DNA of 26,354 nucleotides from Nitrospirota bacterium. GTDB taxonomy: Bacteria; Nitrospirota; Thermodesulfovibrionia; Thermodesulfovibrionales; Dissulfurispiraceae. Below, one piece after another: positions 1-7,266 of the stretch. Made by a program: the position numbers and the translations under genes. The notes beneath the pieces were generated by a model, which saw nothing but the letters and a program-made list of their open reading frames with translations, did no database searches and was not told the DNA's origin. Where the stretch lies: the NCBI GenBank assembly GCA_040754455.1, contig JBFMCP010000038.1, positions 1 through 26,354 on the forward strand, written 5' to 3'. Numbering within the stretch: position 1 is the first letter of the stretch; the number at the start of each line of letters is the position of its first letter.

Positions 1-3000
1 TGTTGAAGTCCCAGGCATAGCTGCAGCCGCCCTGACAGGTCGAGCCCGATCCGTCAAAGTTGACCTTGTAGTCAACCACTGCGTCGGCGCTCCAGTTGTT
101 CACTGCCACTGGCTTCGAAATCCCTGCCGCCTCGGGAGTTATGAGCGACGCCATGTAGGTCGGGTCATAACCGAGGAAATCATTGGCGTTGAGAGTGGTC
201 TTGATCAGATCGCCGTCAGCGCATGATGCCTTGGGCATTCCCATCATATCGACGCACTTCTTCGCCTGATCCCATGAAGCTACGTGGTTCGGGTTGCCAG
301 GGTTCTGCTCAATGCTGATCGGCCAGGTGACCTTGTAGTCGAGCTGTCCCTGTGGGTTCGTAAAGGTCGACTGCTGGAGCATGATCTTGAAGTGCTTGCG
401 CACCTCAGCCCTCTGATAGAGCAAGCCGTTGGGATTGGCAGCATACTCCTCGGCAGGCCATGGTTTGCCGTTACAATCGGAATCCACCATGCACATGCCG
501 TTCGCCCTGAAGCTGTTGGAATCGCACTGTCCGGGCATACCCATTGACGGGTTTGCCCCGACGCAGGTGCCCATGGTGAACATCGGGTTGTTGCTCGGCA
601 TACAGGCGTTGACGCTGTAGCCGGGGAACGGACTCATGCTCTCGGCGCCGGCAAAAGGATTGCAGCCGAGGGTAGACCCTGATACTGTCTCGCGGATGGT
701 GAAGCCCTGGAGGCCGGAGATGCCGTCGTACATGCCCATCAGCATCGCAGTCCCCTGAGGGAAGCCCATCGCGGTATCGAACGTCGAGGTCATGAAGTTG
801 ACACAATGCTGGAGCTGGGTCCAGCCCATGCCGAAAGGATCGCCGCAGGCAGCCGTCATGATCGGGTTGCCGGCCTGATCGAAGTAGGTGGAATCCGGCT
901 GCGTGCCGCCGCCGCACATCATCGTGCAGTCATAGTCGGCAAAAAGCGCAAACCAGTTCTTGATCGCATCATACTGGCCGATGCCGAACCCCGTGCTCTC
1001 GAGAGGCTGCTGGTAGCTCTCGAAGAAGCCGATCGACTTCGAGGAGTAGTTGGGGTTCGGGCCGGTCGGCTGACCGTACTGGTTTCTCGCAAAAGGATCG
1101 ATGCTCGAGTGGCAACTGACGCAGCCGCCCCTCTTGCTGCCGCCCAATGCCCACTCCTTGGGTGCAACGCCGTGGGTCACATCGAAATCGGCCCAGAAGA
1201 GGCGCAGCTTGTTGGCATGACGGCTTCCGTCAACGATCAGGCTCGGGCTGGTCATCGCGTCGATTTCGGCCTTGGTGTCGATCGCGAAGGAGTCGGCAAG
1301 GGCGAAGCCGTCGAAAAGCGGCACCATGTTGCCTGCGTTCAGCCTGACGTCAATCGCTCCCTGAGAGAGGAGCTGACGTGCCGCCAGCGCAGTATCCCTG
1401 TGCTTCACCGGAGCGACGAGCGTACCGGTCGGGTAAGCGCTGTCAGCAGGATCGAGCGCAAGCTCGCTGCCGGTCGTATCAGCGACACCGTTCACCGTTG
1501 CAACATCGATGCTCTTCACGAATATCGGCAGCACTGCCGGGTTGATAGGATATATCTTCTTCTCGCCCTCCTTGGTCATCCACTTGCGGAGGACCGGCGA
1601 AGGCTTGTGCGAACCGGTGATGAGGTCGTAGTTCCAGTCGAGCATGTTACGTGCATTGCCCTTGTAGAACCCGACTGTCCAGTCTCTGTATTTCAGTTTT
1701 CCCGGTGCTGCATATATCTCGGGGATGTGGCAGGTCGAGCAGCCGATCTTCTCGATATGGAATGCAGGGAAGTTGGCGTGCGTCGGCGTCGGCGGATTGT
1801 AGACGACATCGTTGCCGTTCTTGTCCTTTACGATCTTGCCGATCCTCGGGTGGTCACGATGAGTATGGCAGCTCTCGCAGGAGACAGTGCCGTCCAGGTT
1901 GTTCTTGCCTTTGGTGTCCGGTGCGGAATCACTCTGCAGGAACTGGTGGTCGATGCCGAACACCGTCTCAGCAGGATACGCAATGCCGTTGTGGGTCGTG
2001 GCCGGGATGTCTCTCGAGCCACCCTCGAGCTCTGTGGAACCGATTGCCGAGTGACAGGTCGCGCACTGGTGAATGACCGAGTTTGCATTCTTGCCCATCT
2101 CGTGGACGTCGGTATCGGGCATTCTCTCTTTGGTGACGACCTTTGCATTAGGCCCGAGCATCCACTGCAGCGTCGGGGAGGTCAGCTCCTCGGTGACCAC
2201 AGGATCGCCCGGGTTCTTGCCGAGCCCGAACATCGCATTGAACATGCTCATGCCCCACTTGTCATTAGGGCCTTGTCCGATCCGGTGCGCCCTCTTGCCC
2301 ATACCGGTCTTGCAGCCGAGCTCGAGCCAGCGCTTGTCATTCATGCTGCCTGTCTGGGTGTCAAATGCGGTTCCGGCAGGGTTGAGGATAGCATAGTTGC
2401 CGTAGCCGAACTTCATCTGCATCATACCGGGCAGTCCGACCGTGTTCTCGTCACGGGCATGACAGACCGAGCAGTTCTGGCTGTTGGGAGTGCCCACGAT
2501 CTTATCTGCTGTAATGACCGAAGGCATGCCCGTAACGCCGATTGCGTTCCCGTTGGCGTCAAGCACCGCCTTTGCGCCGATACCGAGCGATGCGGCCAGA
2601 TCAAACCTGCCGCTCTTGATCGCGAAGTTTCTGTTGTACATATCATAGGCAGTACCCGGAGTATAGGGAGCTGCCTCGCCTTGGCAATAAGGATCTGTCA
2701 GCGGACCGATGCCGGTGGTGCTGCAATTCTTTGAATTGAGCCAGGCGATACCGTTCTTTGAGCCGTTCATGTGACAGAGGAGACAGTCGACCTCTGCCTT
2801 GTTGGTTGCAGACAATCCCGGAAGCTGTGCGGTCGGATCGTCAACCGATACGAGACGACCGTTGGGATAGGCAGCGCTCGGCGCCTCAAAATAGTACCGG
2901 TCGCCGGTCGGCGATGCTGCGCTGTAATCGTTCTGATTCCTGTCGTATTCCATCTGTCCGCCTCCGACGTGGCAGACACCGCAATACATTGCCCAGTCTT

Positions 3001-3481
3001 GGGCACCGCTCTCGATTGATCTTGAGTCTACGCCGTCTCCAAGGGGATCTACGTTTTTAGCCGCCAACTGGCGGTTGGAGGGCGGTCAAAACTTGCCGAA
3101 CATTCCTGGCGAGCTAGTAAACCAAGGAAGTCCGTATTTTGATCTGAACTTGTTGCTGTAGTCTTCATTGCGGCCCTGGTTGGAATGGCGTCCGACCGAA
3201 ACACCGTGCTCGAATGATTTCACATCATAGCTCTGCCAGTGGAGCTTGCCGTCCGATTCGAGGACAGCCTGGGTGTGGATCGAATGTTTCTCTCCGCTGC
3301 CGTAATTATGGCAGGTTCCGCAGGTCTGCTTTGGGCTGTAGGGCGTGACACCATCGGTGATCGGGGTTCCTGCGGAATCCTTCAGAACCACATCACCGCC
3401 GGGGTGCATCGCCATTGCGACCGGGAGCCCTGCAAAGAGCATAATAGCAGCGAGTACAGCTATCAATAGTCTCTTGCTCAT
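1..3481 (-). CDS. Large secreted octaheme c-type cytochrome (OTR-like heme spacing), probable selenoprotein via in-frame TGA at 3086-3088; 3'-truncated by the window edge
   Basis: Manual translation: ATG at 3481 behind GGAGG; signal peptide MSKRLLIAVLAAIMLFAGLPVAMA; CGTCH; ...SPGMFGKF-TGA-PPSNRQLAAK...; the same frame then stays open to base 1 with CGVCH, CLLCH, CSVCH, CATCH, CESCH, CSTCH, CVSCH (8 CxxCH in total), a Cys/Met-rich region and the start of a PKD-like domain (VNFDGSGS...YAWDF). The downstream part is absent from the ORF track because it has no stop in the window. Confidence 0.85.
3061..3088 (-). promoter_or_regulatory. UGA codon plus candidate bacterial SECIS element
   Basis: mRNA reads UGA CCGCCCUCCAA CCGCC-AGUU-GGCGG: 11-nt spacer, then a GC-rich stem with a G/GU-containing apical loop, similar in geometry to the E. 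coli fdhF SECIS. Confidence 0.65.
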
Positions 3482-3632
3482 CAAATTTCCTCCCATTTGA
3501 ATTGTTATTACCATAGTACTACCATCTAAGGACTGCCGTTGCCCTCTCCGCTCGGAAGGGCTTGCTTCCCACTGCCTGTCACGATCTCTTGTGCGGAGTC
3601 GGGGGACTCCCTGATCAAGCTGCTGCCCTGTA

Positions 3633-3648
3633 TGCAAAAGGCATACCA
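3633..3648 (-). promoter_or_regulatory. sigma54 (-24/-12) promoter for the octaheme gene
   Basis: Minus strand TGGTATGCCTTTTGCA = GG-N10-GC, about 150 nt upstream of ATG 3481. Confidence 0.7.
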
Positions 3649-4134
3649 TAGTTTAGATACTTCGAAACTTAATATATTCACGGATACTGGACTTGATAAT
3701 CACAACTTTGGACCAACGGCATTGCCGTTTGTTTCCAATGACTACCGTGGTCAGCCGCACATCAGATACCTTATCCCTTGCTCTCACAGAAACGTTGTCA
3801 GACAGACCGCCGGCGTATCCATGGCGGCATTTCTCCCATGTGCGGGGTGATTTCACACGGGCAGTCGAGACCCATTCAAAAAATCACCGGGAGTCGACCT
3901 TTTATATTAATGAAGGCGCAGCCCTCTCCTGCCCACCAGCCATGCAAGGTATCCGCTGCAGCTTCACACCCGCCTCAGGGTATCCTTGGCTCGTTTGATA
4001 AATAATGAAGAGCGGCCCTAAAAAGAGCAAAGAGGAAGGCAGGTGGGAGTCAGGTTGAATATACCCCAGGATGGGGTGATTTCCCCCCCCTTCCAAGGAC
4101 AGCTCCAAACCTCCGGGAGTCCAATTCCGCTGAT

Positions 4135-4147
4135 ATTCAGATAGTTA
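4135..4147 (+). promoter_or_regulatory. IHF-like binding site
   Basis: ATTCAGATAGTTA, one mismatch to WATCARNNNNTTR, just upstream of a sigma54 -24 box. Confidence 0.4.
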
Positions 4148-4153
4148 CGCTCC

Positions 4154-4169
4154 TGGCACGCCGATTGCT
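4154..4169 (+). promoter_or_regulatory. sigma54 (-24/-12) promoter for the OmcE-like gene
   Basis: TGGCACGCCGATTGCT, an exact match to TGGCAC-N5-TTGC. Confidence 0.85.
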
Positions 4170-4306
4170 TCTTCATAGGCAAGATTTACGAGATTGCCTG
4201 TCACTGATTGCAGTGCTTCACGGTTCGGGGGTTCCGTGAAAAGCAACCACAACCCTGCCGGACGGCGGGGGAGGACAGAAAAATTTTCGAGCATGTGGAG
4301 GAAGAG

Positions 4307-5053
4307 ATGAAGAAAATCGTAGTAGTACTTTCGATGGCGGCCCTGAGCGTCTTGCTCGTCGCCACAATGGTATTCGCAGTAGCAGCGCCCGGCTCAGGTA
4401 TCAAGGGCACGTTCCATGATCTCAGTAAAACAGGCGCAACCGCAGTCGCCTACGGCGACACCGCAGAGCAGGCGGGCTTAGACCGAATCTGCGTCTACTG
4501 CCATGCACCGCACCACACCGCCAAGCTCACTGACAGTGCAACGAGCGGCGGCGTGCAGTACCTGCCCCTCTGGAACCACGGCGTAACCACTCAGACTTAT
4601 ACCACCTACACCAATGGTCCGGACGATCCGGCAGACGGCAACCACCTCTCAGCAGCAGAAGCTATGGCTGGCCAGCCCGGCAGCGTCTCCAAGCTCTGCC
4701 TGAGCTGCCATGACGGCACCGTCGCGACCAACCAGTACGGCTTCTACTCCTCGCCTTCCAAGGGCGCAGGCGACAAGTTCATCAGCGCAGGCCGCGCACT
4801 CATCGGCGGCGGAGGCGACCTGACCAACCACCATCCCGTCGGCTTCGACTATGCTATGGTAAAAGCTACGGACGATGAAATCGCCGACACCACTGCAACG
4901 CTCGGCAGCTATACCATCGGCGACCTCCTTTGGGCCGGCAAGATGGAGTGCACCACCTGCCACGATGTGCACAACACCAAGAACACCGGTAACAAGTTCC
5001 TCTGGATCGAGGACACGAACAGCCAGTTCTGCATGGCCTGCCACCTGAAATAA
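4307..5053 (+). CDS. omcE: Tetraheme c-type cytochrome, OmcE-like (cytochrome nanowire subunit family), 248 aa
   Basis: ATG 4307 after GGAGG; signal peptide; CVYCH, CLSCH, CTTCH, CMACH with the OmcE-type context I-K-x-T-x-HDLS...ICVxCHxPH...PLWN...CxSCHDG...DLxNxHPVxF...ECxxCHxVH...FL...CxxCH at the C-terminus. Family recognised from memory; orthology not verified. Confidence 0.85.
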   Translation: MKKIVVVLSMAALSVLLVATMVFAVAAPGSGIKGTFHDLSKTGATAVAYGDTAEQAGLDRICVYCHAPHHTAKLTDSATSGGVQYLPLWNHGVTTQTYTTYTNGPDDPADGNHLSAAEAMAGQPGSVSKLCLSCHDGTVATNQYGFYSSPSKGAGDKFISAGRALIGGGGDLTNHHPVGFDYAMVKATDDEIADTTATLGSYTIGDLLWAGKMECTTCHDVHNTKNTGNKFLWIEDTNSQFCMACHLK

Positions 5054-5077
5054 GAGCAACACGCAGAACACATAGAC

Positions 5078-5111
5078 AAAAGGGGAATGGGTACAGCCCA
5101 TTCCCCTTTTT
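5078..5111 (+). terminator. Rho-independent terminator
   Basis: AAAAGGGGAATGGG-TACAG-CCCATTCCCCTTTTT perfect stem with U tract, 25 nt after the stop. Confidence 0.9.
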
Positions 5112-5215
5112 CATTCAAAGGGCACAATTAAGGAATCCATTGATTTTGATTTTTTCTATTCGCATTTCGCATTCCACCGGGTGAACGGCCTTTATAGTGT
5201 GAAAGGTACCTTGTG

Positions 5216-5224
5216 TGCTATCAT
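5216..5224 (+). promoter_or_regulatory. Possible extended -10 sigma70 promoter for the accessory cluster
   Basis: TGcTATCAT about 50 nt upstream of ATG 5275; no clear -35. Confidence 0.35.
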
Positions 5225-5274
5225 AAAGGACGTCTCCTGACGGGGCGCAAAGATTCAAGAACGAGGAGTTTCCG

Positions 5275-6459
5275 ATGAATACCGTGAGGTTGATCTGTCT
5301 GGCGCTTTTGGCTGTTTTCGTACTAACAGGGTGCGGGGGGGCACCACCGAAAAAAGAGGATGCCCCGACGGTCTTTTATCCCGATCCTCCCGAACCTCCC
5401 CGCATACAGTATCTCACCTCTTTCACCAGCGCACGCGACGTCGAGGCCGAGAAATCCGCATTCGATGTCTTCATCACCGGCAAGAAAGACGATACCCTCC
5501 GGCTCGACAAACCCTACGGCGTGGCGATGCACAACGGCAAGATATACGTTTGCGACACCAACTCTACCGTGATGGTCTTCGACCTCGAGAAGCGGGCCTT
5601 CGCGCCTCTCATCGGCGCGAAAGGTCTGGGCAAGCTGGCGCAGCCGCTCAATATCAGCATTGACCGCGACGGCAACAAGTACGTCGCCGACCCGCTGCGC
5701 GGCCAGGTGGTCGTCTTCGACAAAAACGACCTCTACGCCCGGGCAATCGGCATCAGCGCGGGCTGGAAGCCGGTCGATGCAGTAGTCTACGAAAACGAGC
5801 TCTATGTCGCCGATATCCAGAACGGCGAGATCAAGGTCTTCGACAAAAACACCGGCGACCTCCTGAGAAAGCTCGGACAGAGAGGGGACCTCAACCAGCG
5901 GCTCGCCATGCCAACCAACATCGCCTTCGACAGCACCGGCGATCTCCTCGTTTCGGATGCCGGCATCTTCAGGGTCGTGCGAATGGACCGCGACGGCCAT
6001 ATCAAGACCACCATCGGCGGCGTCGGCGCCAACATCGGCAAGTTCGCGCGGCCCAAGGGGATCGCCATAGACCGTGAAGACCGGCTCTATGTTGTCGATG
6101 CCGCCTTCGACAATGTGCAAATGTTCAACAAGGACGGCTACCTGCTCCTCTTCTTCGGCAAGGCCGGCAGGAAGGCGGGCGACCTCTACCTGCCGGCAAA
6201 GGTCGCCATCGATTACGACAATGTCCGGTACTTCCAGAAATACGCGGACCCCAACTTCACGATCGAATATCTCATCCTTGTCACGAGCCAGTTCGGCGAC
6301 AGGATGGTCAACGTGTACGGGTTCGGCAAGGAGCGGGGGAGAAGATATCCCACGGACGAGGAGTTGAAGAAACTGATCGAAGAGCGGATCGAACGCATGA
6401 GGAAGGAGGAGCAGGAGCGGGAAAAGGCGGCATCGGAAGAAGACGAGAAAAAGAAGTAA
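5275..6459 (+). CDS. NHL-repeat beta-propeller lipoprotein
   Basis: GAGGAG RBS; lipobox LTGC; repeated F/L-x-x-P-x-G/N-I-A-x-D...YV-x-D motifs; charged helical C-terminal tail. Confidence 0.9.
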   Translation: MNTVRLICLALLAVFVLTGCGGAPPKKEDAPTVFYPDPPEPPRIQYLTSFTSARDVEAEKSAFDVFITGKKDDTLRLDKPYGVAMHNGKIYVCDTNSTVMVFDLEKRAFAPLIGAKGLGKLAQPLNISIDRDGNKYVADPLRGQVVVFDKNDLYARAIGISAGWKPVDAVVYENELYVADIQNGEIKVFDKNTGDLLRKLGQRGDLNQRLAMPTNIAFDSTGDLLVSDAGIFRVVRMDRDGHIKTTIGGVGANIGKFARPKGIAIDREDRLYVVDAAFDNVQMFNKDGYLLLFFGKAGRKAGDLYLPAKVAIDYDNVRYFQKYADPNFTIEYLILVTSQFGDRMVNVYGFGKERGRRYPTDEELKKLIEERIERMRKEEQEREKAASEEDEKKK

Positions 6460-6478
6460 CACGACCGCCTGGTGTGCT

Positions 6479-7048
6479 ATGAGAAGATGGATGTGGATTT
6501 TCATCGGTGCTCTGGCCGCGGCATCCGTCTACGGATGCTCGCAGCACTACCTTCTGGAGGATGACCAGGGGAATGTGCTGGGCACCGAGGAGCAGAAATA
6601 CAGGGTGCTGAGCTTTTTCTTCGACGGCGTGCCGCCGCCGGTCAAGGAGTCCGGACAGGAACCGGGGGAGGAGGCTTCGAAAACAACGGCAGTGCGGCAG
6701 CGCTTCACTGCCCACGGTCCTTACGCAGCACGATTCTGCGATGCATGCCACCTGCGCGGCAGCAACAAGCTCCTGATGCCGGTCGAAGAGCTCTGCCTGA
6801 ATTGCCATACGCTGAGTACGGCCAAGAAGAAGCTCCACGGGCCCCTCGCCGCAGGCAGCTGTAATGTCTGCCACGACCCCCATGGCTCATCTTACCGCTA
6901 CCTCCTCGTCTCCGACTCGAAGACCTTCTGCTACCACTGCCACAACCAGAGTGACGTCATGAGGCGGCCGGTCCATCAGGGCACTGACCTGGAGTGCACC
7001 ATGTGCCACGACGCCCATGCTGCGGACAGCGAGTTTTTGCTGAAATGA
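6479..7048 (+). CDS. Pentaheme c-type cytochrome lipoprotein
   Basis: Lipobox VYGC; CDACH, CLNCH, CNVCH, CYHCH, CTMCH in doubled-CxxCH arrangement; LSFFFDGVP motif. Confidence 0.9.
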   Translation: MRRWMWIFIGALAAASVYGCSQHYLLEDDQGNVLGTEEQKYRVLSFFFDGVPPPVKESGQEPGEEASKTTAVRQRFTAHGPYAARFCDACHLRGSNKLLMPVEELCLNCHTLSTAKKKLHGPLAAGSCNVCHDPHGSSYRYLLVSDSKTFCYHCHNQSDVMRRPVHQGTDLECTMCHDAHAADSEFLLK

Positions 7049-7266
7049 CGGGAAAAGGAAAAAAACAACAAAAGATTCGATGGGAAAACCCGAAAAAAAA
7101 AGAGATTCCGTTACAAATTAATGAGGTAAGAGAGCCGGTGCCTGTCCTTGCTTCGAGTATCTTGATGCTGAAAAGCAGACGGCTTTGAACCGGAGTTGCA
7201 GCTTTGGAAATCAGATCGCTTTTTTAATTTTCTATTTCATCTGCGGGGGGGAAGACGGAGAGGCGG

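Noticed and set aside
806..2734. 642-aa plus-strand ORF
   Set aside because: Antisense shadow of the octaheme frame; no motifs, and the opposite strand carries the heme sites.
3086..3088. Genome-wide TGA reassignment (genetic code 4 or 25)
   Set aside because: TGA is a normal stop for the genes ending at 7048, 10456 and 19519, and Trp is encoded by TGG throughout.
3086..3649. 187-aa ORF as a standalone gene starting at 3649
   Set aside because: The 5' extension overlaps the sigma54 promoter and leader; RBS and signal peptide point to ATG 3481, and the frame continues past the TGA.
4170..4306. c-di-GMP/cGAMP (GEMM-I) riboswitch before the OmcE-like gene
   Set aside because: No GGCAAAC..GAAA..GACGCAAA core found.
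4208..4306. Upstream start of the tetraheme ORF at 4208
   Set aside because: RBS and signal peptide fit ATG 4307.
7134..7152. Possible sigma54 box upstream of the barrel gene
   Set aside because: GG-to-GC spacing is 11 rather than the required 10.
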